A DNA stretch of 64,000 nucleotides from Deltaproteobacteria bacterium (GTDB lineage Bacteria > Desulfobacterota > GWC2-55-46): positions 18,572 through 82,571 of the forward strand of contig JACPGB010000056.1 in NCBI GenBank assembly GCA_016182655.1, in the 5' to 3' direction. Made by a program: the position numbers and the translations under genes. Under the pieces are notes generated by a model that searched no databases, had not been told where the DNA came from, and was given only the letters and a program-made list of their open reading frames with translations. Of this stretch, positions 42,416 through 51,529 are shown piece after piece; the first letter of the stretch is position 1, and each line of letters starts with the position of its first letter.

Positions 42416-43230
42416 TAGAGAAGTCTGCCATAAAAAAATCTTTCTCCCGCGCGGCCCGGACCTATGACGCATACGCCTCGCTCCAAAAGGAGGCGGCCGG
42501 GGTCGTCGCGTCTTTATTGTCGCGGTTTGCGAGGGAGGCAGTCCCGGTCACGGTGGAATCAGGTGTCGCGCCAAACGCGCCCTTGATGCCTCCCATGACC
42601 TTGCTCGACGCGGGCTCAGGCACCGGGGCGCTATCTGCATTTTTAAAGGACGAGGGCTGTCGCATATTCGGGGTCGATATCGCGCTCCCGATGCTCGAAT
42701 ACTCGCGGGCGTCTCTACCCTGGACAGGAGGGATGCTTGCAACAGGAGACCTCGAAGCCTTGCCCTTTAAAGATGCCTCATTCGACGCCGTCGCCTCTTC
42801 ACTCGCCCTGCAATGGACAGAGCCGGAGTTATCGTTTCGTGAAGCCGCGCGGGTATTGAAGCCGGGCGGGCTATTCGTCTTCTCCACGCTCGGCCCTGCG
42901 ACCCTCCATGAGCTCCGGGATTGCCTGGGCTCGGATGCGCTCGCGCGGTTCACCGGCATGATTGAGGCCCTTCGCCTCATCGAGGCCTCGGGGTTCGAGA
43001 CCGTCTTTTCCGAAGAGAGGCTGGTTACAAAAAAATATCCTACGCTCCGCGACCTGCTTATCACATTGAAGCAGATCGGGGCCTCGCCTATCTCAAAGGG
43101 GCGCATGGGGCCAGCGGCCTCGTCGTTAAAAAAAGCCGAGGCGGATTATTTGAAAAGGTTTGGCGCGGCAGGCTCTGGCGTAAGGGCCACATACGAGCTC
43201 ATATACATCGCCGCGAGAAAGAGGGTCTGA
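42412..43230 (+). CDS. bioC: Malonyl-ACP O-methyltransferase
   Basis: FSRAARTYDAYASLQKEAA, SAM motif LLDAGSGTGALS, and SSLALQW. There is an ATGA overlap with bioH. Confidence 0.85.
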   Translation: MIEKSAIKKSFSRAARTYDAYASLQKEAAGVVASLLSRFAREAVPVTVESGVAPNAPLMPPMTLLDAGSGTGALSAFLKDEGCRIFGVDIALPMLEYSRASLPWTGGMLATGDLEALPFKDASFDAVASSLALQWTEPELSFREAARVLKPGGLFVFSTLGPATLHELRDCLGSDALARFTGMIEALRLIEASGFETVFSEERLVTKKYPTLRDLLITLKQIGASPISKGRMGPAASSLKKAEADYLKRFGAAGSGVRATYELIYIAARKRV

Positions 43231-44594
43231 TGAAAAAAAGCGCGAGAGAAAAGCGGCTCGCCGGGTTTGACAAGCGCCATGTCTGGCACCCGTTCACGCA
43301 GATGAGCGAGTGGGAGGCGGGAGACCCCCTCATAATCGAGAAGGGGCGCGGCAATTACCTTATCGACATAAACGGGAGGCGATACCTCGACGGCGTCTCA
43401 TCCCTCTGGGTAAACCTGCACGGCCACGAAAACAGGAAGATAGACTCCGCCATAAAAAAACAGCTCGGAAATATCGCCCACTCGACCCTGCTCGGGTTGT
43501 CGAATGTACCCTCGATTGAATTGGCCGAAAGGCTCGTTCGTATCGCGCCCAGGGGCCTCTCCCGGGTCTTCTACTCGGACAACGGCTCGACGGCCGTGGA
43601 AATTGCCCTCAAGATGGCCTTCCAATACTGGGAACAGGCGAAGAAGGATTTTAACCGCCGCAAGTTCATCGCCTTTACCGGCGCGTACCACGGCGACACC
43701 TTCGGCTCGATGTCCGTAGGAGAGATAGACATATTCGTAAAGAAGTACAAGCCGCTACTCTTCGGGACGCTCCGCGCGCCTTACCCCTACTGCTACAGGT
43801 GCCCTGTGGGCAAGGACAAGGCCGACTGCAAGACCGAGTGCCTGAAAGCATTTGAGGAGATCTTAAAAAAACACTCGCATGAAATCGCCGCGTGCGTAAT
43901 AGAGCCCGTCATACAGGGCGCGGCAGGGATGATCGTCTCTCCTCCGGGGTTCCTTAAAGGGGTGCGTAGGCTAACGAGAAAGTACGGAGTCCTCCTCATA
44001 GCCGACGAAGTCGCCGTCGGCTTCGGCAGGACCGGGAAGATGTTCGCGTGCGATACCGAAAACGTATCACCTGACTTCCTCTGCCTCGCCAAGGGCATAA
44101 CGGGCGGGTACATGCCTCTTGCGGCGACCCTTACGACAGAAAAAATATACAGGGCCTTTCTCGGAAGGTACGATGAATACAGGTCCTTTTTCCACGGCCA
44201 CACCTACACGGGAAACCCGCTCGGGTGCGCGGCGGCGATCGCGAACCTCGATATATTCGAGAGCGGGCGCGTGCTCGACAGGATGAAGCCGAAGACGATC
44301 CTTTTCGGAGAGATACTTAAAAAGTTCGAGGCGCTCGCCCATGTCGGCGATGTCAGGCATAAGGGGCTTGTCGCCGGGATAGAGCTTGTGAAGGATAGAA
44401 AAACGAAAGAGCCGTTCGCCTCCAGCGAGAGCACGGGCCACCGGGTTGCAATGGAAGCGCGCGAGCGCGGCCTCATCATAAGGCCGTTGGGCGATGTCGT
44501 CGTAATCATGCCGCCCTTGAGCATAACTGAAGCAGAGATAAAAAAGATGATGAAGACCGTATTCGACAGCGTCAGGAAGGTGACTGAAGAGTGA
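43230..44594 (+). CDS. bioA: Adenosylmethionine-8-amino-7-oxononanoate aminotransferase
   Basis: HVWHPFTQM, ...LLIADEVAVGFGRTGKMFA..., at full length (454 aa). Confidence 0.93.
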   Translation: MKKSAREKRLAGFDKRHVWHPFTQMSEWEAGDPLIIEKGRGNYLIDINGRRYLDGVSSLWVNLHGHENRKIDSAIKKQLGNIAHSTLLGLSNVPSIELAERLVRIAPRGLSRVFYSDNGSTAVEIALKMAFQYWEQAKKDFNRRKFIAFTGAYHGDTFGSMSVGEIDIFVKKYKPLLFGTLRAPYPYCYRCPVGKDKADCKTECLKAFEEILKKHSHEIAACVIEPVIQGAAGMIVSPPGFLKGVRRLTRKYGVLLIADEVAVGFGRTGKMFACDTENVSPDFLCLAKGITGGYMPLAATLTTEKIYRAFLGRYDEYRSFFHGHTYTGNPLGCAAAIANLDIFESGRVLDRMKPKTILFGEILKKFEALAHVGDVRHKGLVAGIELVKDRKTKEPFASSESTGHRVAMEARERGLIIRPLGDVVVIMPPLSITEAEIKKMMKTVFDSVRKVTEE

Positions 44595-45271
44595 TGGCGC
44601 GCGCCTTCTTCATAACCGGGACAGATACGAATGTCGGCAAGACCTTTGTCGCCGCGCTCATCGCGCGGGCCTTGAAGGCAAGAGGGATTGACATCGGCGT
44701 AATGAAGCCCGTTGAGACAGGTTGCGCGGTGAAAGACGGCGCGCTCGTGCCAATGGACGCAGTAGCGTTGAAAGAGGCGGCCGAGTCGAATGCACCCATC
44801 GACCTCATAAACCCTTACAGGTTCGCGCCTCCCCTTTCGCCGAATGTCGCGGCACGGCTTTCGGGCGTTGAGATAGACCTGGACAGAATAGAGTCTGCCT
44901 TCAAAACGCTCTCAGCCGTTCACGAAATAATCCTCGTCGAAGGCGCAGGAGGCCTCCTTGTCCCATTGAACAATGACTCCACTATGGCAGACCTCGCCCT
45001 TCGCCTTGGTTCACAGCTTTTGATAGTCACGCCTTCCCGTCTCGGCGTCATAAACCACGCGCTTTTGACTTGCGAATGTGCGAGGGCGCGAGGGCTCGAT
45101 CTGGCTGGCGTGATACTCAATCACCCGGCTAACCGATCAAACGACGCGAGCATAAAGTATAACCGTTCGGAAATAGAACGGTACGCGCCGGTGCTCGCCG
45201 AGATACCGTACACGCCCGCCGGAGGGACTTTGCCGGAACTCCCCGAGACCATGCTCAAGGTCTTTCAATAA
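44591..45271 (+). CDS. bioD: Dethiobiotin synthetase
   Basis: The P-loop is FFITGTDTNVGKTFV, followed by ILVEGAGGLLVP. The start is either the GTG at 44591 or the ATG at 44594. Confidence 0.9.
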   Translation: MMARAFFITGTDTNVGKTFVAALIARALKARGIDIGVMKPVETGCAVKDGALVPMDAVALKEAAESNAPIDLINPYRFAPPLSPNVAARLSGVEIDLDRIESAFKTLSAVHEIILVEGAGGLLVPLNNDSTMADLALRLGSQLLIVTPSRLGVINHALLTCECARARGLDLAGVILNHPANRSNDASIKYNRSEIERYAPVLAEIPYTPAGGTLPELPETMLKVFQ

Positions 45272-45312
45272 GCAAATTTCTCCTCTCCTCTCGGAAGAGG
45301 CCTTTACGCAAG

Positions 45313-45388
45313 ACACTGGATCCCCGCTTTCGCGGGGATGACAATTTGTATTGTCTGTCATTCCCGAGGTTTTAATCGGGAATCCAGT
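45313..45388. repeat. Two inverted REP-like units forming a compound palindrome
   Basis: The units are ACACTGGATCCCCGC-TTTC-GCGGGGATGACA (45313-45343) and TGTCATTCCCGA-GGTTTTAA-TCGGGAATCCAGT (45356-45388). Confidence 0.65.
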
Positions 45389-45430
45389 TTTAAGCACCTA
45401 TCGATGGAAACTGCACGCCATGCATCATAC

Positions 45431-45712
45431 GGATTACGAATATTATGGTTCAGGTTACAAACCACTACTGTCCGGTTAAATTTTCAAGTTCATCGGTAGA
45501 GGCTTATCGAGAAAAATAAATTGCTTATTTTTCAAGAAGTTAGGTCTTGGCAAAATATGCTGTCCGGAAAAACCTTAATCTTAATCGCAAAGAGGCTTTA
45601 CATGCTGTCCGGCTAATAAAAGAGCCAGATAAGGCCCCATATTTTCAAAGAAATTTTCAATTTTTACCGGACACTACTGGTTACAAACCTGAACCCGCAT
45701 TTCTATCGTACG
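45431..45712. other. AT-rich, non-coding island bounded by imperfect inverted copies of the GGTTCAGGTT.CAAACC repeat and carrying four TGTCCGG motifs
   Basis: The left end is GGATTACGAATATTATGGTTCAGGTTACAAACCACTACTGTCCGG. The right end is CCGGACACTACTGGTTACAAACCTGAACCCGCATTTCTATCGTACG. TGTCCGG occurs at 45469, 45561 and 45606 and in reverse at 45667, twice in the form ATGCTGTCCGG. The interior is visibly AT-rich compared with its surroundings. Confidence 0.5.
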
Positions 45713-45750
45713 AAAAAAAGGGCTTCCGGTCTCCCGGAAGCCCTTTTTTT
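45713..45750. terminator. Bidirectional intrinsic terminator between bioD and aconitase
   Basis: An A7 run, the stem GGGCTTCCGG-TCTC-CCGGAAGCCC, then a T7 run. Confidence 0.8.
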
Positions 45751-45771
45751 CATTTCATATCGAGACGAAGC

Positions 45772-47706
45772 TTACTTCGCCTTTGCTGTAGTGTAGTTGA
45801 GCGTGCCGCCCGCGAGTATCGTCTCCACCTGCCTCGGGGAGTACCCGTGTTTGAGCTTTATCTCATTGCCCTTGGTGATGTTCTTCAAGGTCACGGTATC
45901 CGCCGTGGCGAGCCCGCCCTTCAAGTTCGTAAGCTCGAGCTCGTCCCCGTCGTCGATGCCGCTGTAGTCGGCGGCGTTCGCGAAGGTCAAGGGGAGTATG
46001 CCGAAGTTCACGAGGTTGTCCTTGTGTATGCGGGCGAAGCTCTTGGCGATTATCGCCTTTATCCCCAGGTACATGGGGCAGAGCGCCGCGTGCTCCCTGG
46101 ACGACCCCTGGCCGTAGTTCTCGCCTCCGAGGACGAAACCGCCGCCCGCGGCCTTCGCCTTCTCGTGGAACTTGGCGTCTATGGCCGAGAAGACCGACTC
46201 CGAATACTTGGGCACGTTCGACCTGTACTTGAGCCATGTGCCCGCGGGCGTGATGTCGTCGGTCGTGATGTTGTCGCCGAGCTTTATGAGGACCTTGCCC
46301 TTGAGTGTTTCGCCGAGCGCGCCCTGCTTGGGGAGTTCCTTGATGTTCGGCCCGCGGGCTATCGTCACCTTCGAGGGGTCCTTTGCCGGGGGCACGACCA
46401 TGGAGTCGTCGACGAGGAACTTCGACGGGAACTTTATCTTCGGGTACTTGCCGAGCTTCCTGGGGTCGGTGATGACGCCGTAGACCGCCGCGGCGACCGC
46501 CGTCTCGGGACTGCAGAGGAACACCTTGCCGTCCTTGGTGCCTGACCTCCCCTCGAAGTTTCTGTTGAAGGTGCGGAGCGATACTCCCGCGGACGGGGGA
46601 GACTGTCCGTTGCCGATGCACGGGCCGCATGTGGCTTCCAGTATCCTCGCGCCCGCCTCTATCATGTGCGAGAGGCCTTTATTCAGCGCGAGCATGTCGA
46701 GGACCTGCTTGGAGCCCGGGGATATCGTCATCGAGACCTCGGGGTGGACCTTGAAGCCGCCCTTCTTGAAAGTCTCGGATACGAGCATCAGGTCCCTGTA
46801 GGAAGAGTTGGTGCAGCTCCCGACGCATACCTGGTCGACCCTCATCCCCTCTATCTCGGAGACCTTGCAGACGTTATCCGGCATGTGGGGTCTCGCGATC
46901 ATCGGCTCGAGCCTGGCGAGGTCGATCTCGATCGTCTCGTCGTACTTCGCGTCCTCGTCGGCCTTAAGCTCTACCCAGTCGGCTTCCCTCCCCTGCGCGG
47001 CGAGGAACTCCTTCGTAGTATCGTCGCTCGGGAAGACGGAAGAGGTCGCGCCGAGCTCGGCGCCCATGTTCGTTATGGTCGCGCGGTCAGGGACCGACAG
47101 GCTCTTTACGCCCTCCCCGCCGTATTCTATTACCTTGCCGACGCCGCCCTTTACGGTCATGCGCCGGAGGAGCTCGAGTATTACATCCTTGGCCGATACC
47201 CAGGGCTTGAGCTTGCCCTTGAGCTTTACGAGTACGACCTTCGGGTATGTAAGGCTGAAAGGCCCGCCGCCCATGGCGACAGCGACGTCCAGGCCGCCCG
47301 CGCCTATGGCGAGCATGCCTATGCCGCCCGAGGTCGGGGTGTGGGAGTCCGACCCGAGGAGCGTCTGCCCCGGTTTCCCGAACCTCTCGAGATGCACCTG
47401 GTGACAGATGCCGTTACCCGGCCTTGAAAAATATATGCCGAACTTGGAGGCCAGCGTCTGCAGGAACCTGTGGTCGTCGGCGTTCTCGAACCCGCCGTAC
47501 TGGAGCGTGTTGTGGTCGACATAGCTGACCGAGAGCTTCGTCCTTACCTTGGGCACGCCCATGGCCTCGAACTGGAGGTACGCCATGGTGCCGGTCGCGT
47601 CCTGTGTGATAGTCTGGTCTATCCTGATATTTACCTCTTTACCCTGCTGAGCCTCCCCGGATACCAGGTGGCCGTCTATTAACTTCTGTGCTACGTTCTT
47701 TCCCAC
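45772..47706 (-). CDS. acn: Aconitate hydratase (roughly 640-aa single-chain type)
   Basis: The motifs are DQTITQDATG, GSDSHT, CVGSCTNSS, ATCGPCIGNGQ and GSSREHAA. Confidence 0.93.
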   Translation of the reverse strand: MGKNVAQKLIDGHLVSGEAQQGKEVNIRIDQTITQDATGTMAYLQFEAMGVPKVRTKLSVSYVDHNTLQYGGFENADDHRFLQTLASKFGIYFSRPGNGICHQVHLERFGKPGQTLLGSDSHTPTSGGIGMLAIGAGGLDVAVAMGGGPFSLTYPKVVLVKLKGKLKPWVSAKDVILELLRRMTVKGGVGKVIEYGGEGVKSLSVPDRATITNMGAELGATSSVFPSDDTTKEFLAAQGREADWVELKADEDAKYDETIEIDLARLEPMIARPHMPDNVCKVSEIEGMRVDQVCVGSCTNSSYRDLMLVSETFKKGGFKVHPEVSMTISPGSKQVLDMLALNKGLSHMIEAGARILEATCGPCIGNGQSPPSAGVSLRTFNRNFEGRSGTKDGKVFLCSPETAVAAAVYGVITDPRKLGKYPKIKFPSKFLVDDSMVVPPAKDPSKVTIARGPNIKELPKQGALGETLKGKVLIKLGDNITTDDITPAGTWLKYRSNVPKYSESVFSAIDAKFHEKAKAAGGGFVLGGENYGQGSSREHAALCPMYLGIKAIIAKSFARIHKDNLVNFGILPLTFANAADYSGIDDGDELELTNLKGGLATADTVTLKNITKGNEIKLKHGYSPRQVETILAGGTLNYTTAKAK

Positions 47707-47912
47707 TTTTGTCCTCCTTTAGGGGTCTGCGTAAAGCCATGCAGGCTCGATTTGGATAAGGATATTATACCGCCACAGCCCCGTTATATTCCATACAAAA
47801 CAAGGGGTTCCGGGGGCGCTACCCTGATGCAAGGCTAAATAGGATACCTGAACCGTGGCAGGATGTCAATATCTACGATTCCGTCCAAAAAGGACCTGGA
47901 GGGGCGTAAGAT

Positions 47913-50144
47913 TTACGGCGCGCCTTCGGCTGTCCTCGCGTTGGTGATCCTTATCGCCGAGCTGTCGTAGAGCTTTTTAAAGATGGCGACGACCTTGGGG
48001 TCGAACTGGGTCCCCGAGCAGCGTTCCAGCTCGGCCATTATATCGGAGAGAGACCTCCCCTTCCTGTACGGCCTGTCGGCGGCCATGGCGTCCACGGTAT
48101 CGGCGACCGTAAGGACGCGGGCGAATAGCGGGATGTTTTCGCCCTTGAGGCCGTCCGGGTACCCGGTCCCATTATAGTACTCGTGGTGGTGTTTTATGGC
48201 GGGCCTTATGTTCTTGAGGAGCTTTATCGGCTCGAGTATCGCCGCGCCCTTGACCGGGTGCTCGCGCATTATTGACATCTCCTCGTCGGTCAGCCTGCCG
48301 GGCTTGTCGAGTATGGTCTCGTATGTGCCGAGCTTCCCGATGTCGTGGAGAAGCCCGGCGAGCTCGAGGTCTTTAAGTTCCTTCTGGGAAAACCCCATCT
48401 CGGCGCCTATCGCAAGGGCGTAAGATGTGACCCGCTCGGAATGTCCGGCCGTCCATGGGGACTTCGTGTCTATCGCCGAGGAGAGCGATTTGACGGTCCC
48501 GAGGAAGAGCTCCTGGAGGTCGGTGACGAGCCTCGCGTTCTCGAGCGCGATGCTTATCTGGGATGAGAGCTTCTCGAGCGTCTGGAGGTCCTCGGGCGTG
48601 AACGCGGCCTTTCTCTTGGAGCCTACGTTCAGAACGCCTATCACCTCGCCCTTCACGACAAGAGGCACCCTGATGTGTGAGAGGAAGCCCTCCCTCAGGA
48701 ACTTCTGCTCAAGCGGAAGGAGCGGGCCCGACTCCGAAAGGTCCGGGACATACTGGGGACGCCCCGTGAAGACGACATCCGAGGCATCGGTATCGCAGAA
48801 AAGGATCAACGCCCCCTTTTGTATGGAGGCGATGCCGAAGCCCGATGCATACTTGAACCCCTGGCTCTCCCTGTCAACGAGCGCGACGGTTGCCCTGTCA
48901 GTGGCTATCAGCCTCGATACCATCCTCACCGCGGTCTCGAGTATCTCGCCCGGCTCGAGTGTTGAGAGTATCGAGCGGTCTATCTCGCTCATCACCTGTA
49001 TCGTCTCTATCTTGTGGGAGAGCTCCATCGCCTTGTCGACGGAATAGCGGTGGAGGCGGGCCTGCTCGAGCGCGGTCGAGACCTGATGGGCGATCCCCTT
49101 CATGACGCGGATGTCCCTTTCGGTGAACTCCCGCTCTGTCAGATAAACGGAGACGATGAGCCCGAGGTTGTGCCCCGCGCTCATGAGCGGGACGACTGCG
49201 ACGGTCTTCGCGTCCTTTACCCATTTGAGCGGCAGGCCCTGTACCGCGCGAGTGCCCTGAGGCGTCACCGCGGCCACCGGCTCGCCGGTCTCTATAGCCG
49301 TCTTTACGATGCCCTCGGCCCCGCTCAACGGCTCGGTCCTGAAAAAAGGCAGGAACGCGCGGTCGAGCCCGTATTCCTGCGAAGGCCTGAACACCCCGGA
49401 GGACGGGTCCCATAGGTAAGCCAGGCAGACGTCCGAGCGCATTATCCGGCAGTTGCAATGCGCCACGTCCTCCATGAGCTTGTCCATGTCGGCCGTCCTG
49501 GCCGTCGCCTCGGCTATCATAAGGAGGTGCGCGGTCACCTCCATCTCCTCCTTTATGGCTTCCTCCGCCCTCTTGGCCTCGGTGATATCCTCCATCACAT
49601 GGACGGCGTCATAACCTTCGGTCTCCCCGCTCTTTATGGAGTAGAACCTTACCTTGAAGACCCTGCCACACTCCGGCACGGCGACCTCGGCCTCGACGTC
49701 GGCATCGGCGCCCTCCTCCTTTTTCTGCCTCTCCTTGAACGAGGCGCATACAAGGTGCGGTCCGCCTGTCCTGGGAAAGACCTCGAAATAGGGCCTCCCT
49801 ATAATTTCTTTAAAAGGCATGTTCGCTATCTTCTGGTAAGCGGCATTCGCCCTCACGATCCTGAATCCATCGTCATGGATGAAGAGCGGCGAGGAGATGG
49901 CGTCGAAGGTCGCCTCCCATTCCTTCTGGGCAGTCTCTATCCTCGAGGTAGACTCGTTGATGTCCTCGAGCATGTAGATGATAGCCTTCCTCTCGTCCTC
50001 GAGCTCGCCTTCGCGCTCCTCGAACTTGCGGAGCGCCTCCTTCAGGCGCGCGATCTCGGAATCCTTGAGCGAAATATCGCGCTTGAGGAGGCTGATCTCC
50101 TTTTCGCGTTCCTGCGGGTTTTTTTCCGCCGCGTCATCCGGCAT
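47913..50144 (-). CDS. PAS-GAF-GAF-HD-GYP multi-sensor c-di-GMP phosphodiesterase candidate
   Basis: N-terminal coiled coil and PAS, then two GAF-like regions. The HD-GYP motifs are GLLHDIGKLG and HHEYYNGTGYPDGL. The start lies 10 nt after the upstream stop. Confidence 0.88.
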   Translation of the reverse strand: MPDDAAEKNPQEREKEISLLKRDISLKDSEIARLKEALRKFEEREGELEDERKAIIYMLEDINESTSRIETAQKEWEATFDAISSPLFIHDDGFRIVRANAAYQKIANMPFKEIIGRPYFEVFPRTGGPHLVCASFKERQKKEEGADADVEAEVAVPECGRVFKVRFYSIKSGETEGYDAVHVMEDITEAKRAEEAIKEEMEVTAHLLMIAEATARTADMDKLMEDVAHCNCRIMRSDVCLAYLWDPSSGVFRPSQEYGLDRAFLPFFRTEPLSGAEGIVKTAIETGEPVAAVTPQGTRAVQGLPLKWVKDAKTVAVVPLMSAGHNLGLIVSVYLTEREFTERDIRVMKGIAHQVSTALEQARLHRYSVDKAMELSHKIETIQVMSEIDRSILSTLEPGEILETAVRMVSRLIATDRATVALVDRESQGFKYASGFGIASIQKGALILFCDTDASDVVFTGRPQYVPDLSESGPLLPLEQKFLREGFLSHIRVPLVVKGEVIGVLNVGSKRKAAFTPEDLQTLEKLSSQISIALENARLVTDLQELFLGTVKSLSSAIDTKSPWTAGHSERVTSYALAIGAEMGFSQKELKDLELAGLLHDIGKLGTYETILDKPGRLTDEEMSIMREHPVKGAAILEPIKLLKNIRPAIKHHHEYYNGTGYPDGLKGENIPLFARVLTVADTVDAMAADRPYRKGRSLSDIMAELERCSGTQFDPKVVAIFKKLYDSSAIRITNARTAEGAP

Positions 50145-50154
50145 GGTCTCACCT

Positions 50155-51528
50155 TTATGCAGAGCCGTTCAGGCCCTTGCCTTTAAGATCCCTCTCAAGC
50201 GCCTCTATCCTGTCCTTCAGTTCCCGGAGCCGGAGTTCCCGCTTGAGCGTCAGCTTCCTGAACATCTCGAGCTCCTCGATGCGCTCCTTAAGCAAATCTT
50301 CGGACCTCTTCCTTTCGGTTACGTCTCGGGCTATGGAGAGGGCCATGGGAGCGCCCTTGAGCTCGAATACCCTTGTGCTTATCTCGACAGGTATCTCTCT
50401 GCCGTCCTTGGCGACATGGACCATCTCGAATACGGCGTGCCCCTCCTCGACGATGCCCTTTGCCGCGGCTTTTTGGGCCGCCTCGTGGCCCGGCGCGTCT
50501 ATGAGCAACGGAGACAGTCCCAGGAGCTCCTTGCGCGAGTACCCGAGCCTCCGGCAGGCGGCATCGTTCACGTCAATGAACCTGAAGGAGAGATCGTCCT
50601 TGCCCGGGACCGGATGCAGGAAAATGGCGTCGTTCGTCCCGTTAAAGAGGGTCCTGTAGCGCTCCTCCTTGTCCTTCATCTCCGAGTAGGCGTGGTTCAA
50701 CTCCCTCGTCCTCTCCTCGACCTTGCGCTCGAGGTCGCGGTACAGGGCAGAGAGCTCGGAGGACATCCTGTCCATCGCCTCCGAGAGGTCTTCGAGCTCA
50801 TCATTGGTCCTTAACCCGGCCTTTGACGCAAAGTCCCCGGAGGCTATCTTAAGGGAGTGCTCACGGAGGCGCTCTATGGGCGTTACAAAGACGCCCGAAT
50901 AGTAATACGCGAGGAACATGGTCAGGAGCGCGGTAGCCGCCACGCCCCCGCCCGTTATGAACCATGCGTTCCGCCACGCGGCCTCGGCATTTCGAAAGGC
51001 CTCGGCGTACTCCCTCTCGTCTATCCCGCGCCACCTGTCGAGGAGGGCGATGGCGTTGGAGCCCCACTTGTAATCCATCTCCTCCATGAGTTCGGCGGCG
51101 CCCCTGTTGCCAACGGGCTTTTGTATGGAGAATATCCTCGCTGAAATATCCCTTACGCTCCCCCAGGACTCTTTTAATTCCTTCAATATCCTTTTTTCTT
51201 CAGCCACGGTCTCGCCCGCGATTTCAAAGCCGTCGTGGATCGAATCGGCCTCCTTGAGCAGACGCTCCATCTCCTCCGAGTATTTCCTGAACTCGACCGC
51301 GTATCCGCCCTTGCCGGTTATGATGTAATCGTTCGAAGGCATGATCGCCCTGTCGAGCGCCTGCTGGAGATCGCTGACGAGCGCCGATTCGCGCGAGACG
51401 GCGTTCACCCTGACGGTTGCATTGTAGATCGACCTCTGGTTGTAGAGGCTTAAAACCGCGAGCGCGGCGAGCGGGATGAGCGCGAGCGACATTTTCTTGA
51501 GGAGCCTTGTCCTTATCCTCGAGCCCAT
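50155..51528 (-). CDS. Membrane sensor: CHASE3-like periplasmic domain, HAMP, PAS and a coiled-coil tail, with no catalytic output domain
   Basis: TM1 is LALIPLAALAVLSLYN, the sensor motif is AIMPSNDYIITG, and a TM2 follows. HAMP is TPIERLREHSLKIASGDFASKAGLRTNDELEDLSEAMDRM. PAS is EERYRTLFNGTNDAIFL... The tail is IEELEMFRKLTLKRELRLRELKDRIEALE. Confidence 0.85.
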   Translation of the reverse strand: MGSRIRTRLLKKMSLALIPLAALAVLSLYNQRSIYNATVRVNAVSRESALVSDLQQALDRAIMPSNDYIITGKGGYAVEFRKYSEEMERLLKEADSIHDGFEIAGETVAEEKRILKELKESWGSVRDISARIFSIQKPVGNRGAAELMEEMDYKWGSNAIALLDRWRGIDEREYAEAFRNAEAAWRNAWFITGGGVAATALLTMFLAYYYSGVFVTPIERLREHSLKIASGDFASKAGLRTNDELEDLSEAMDRMSSELSALYRDLERKVEERTRELNHAYSEMKDKEERYRTLFNGTNDAIFLHPVPGKDDLSFRFIDVNDAACRRLGYSRKELLGLSPLLIDAPGHEAAQKAAAKGIVEEGHAVFEMVHVAKDGREIPVEISTRVFELKGAPMALSIARDVTERKRSEDLLKERIEELEMFRKLTLKRELRLRELKDRIEALERDLKGKGLNGSA

Positions 51529-51529
51529 G

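Noticed and set aside
45547-46545. Plus-strand 332-aa ORF
   Set aside because: It starts in the AT-rich island and then runs antisense through aconitase. It has no motifs and is a shadow ORF.
46666-47427. Plus-strand ORFs inside aconitase, and the minus-strand alternative frame 45863-46630
   Set aside because: They are off-frame or antisense to the aconitase frame, which carries all the Fe-S ligand motifs.
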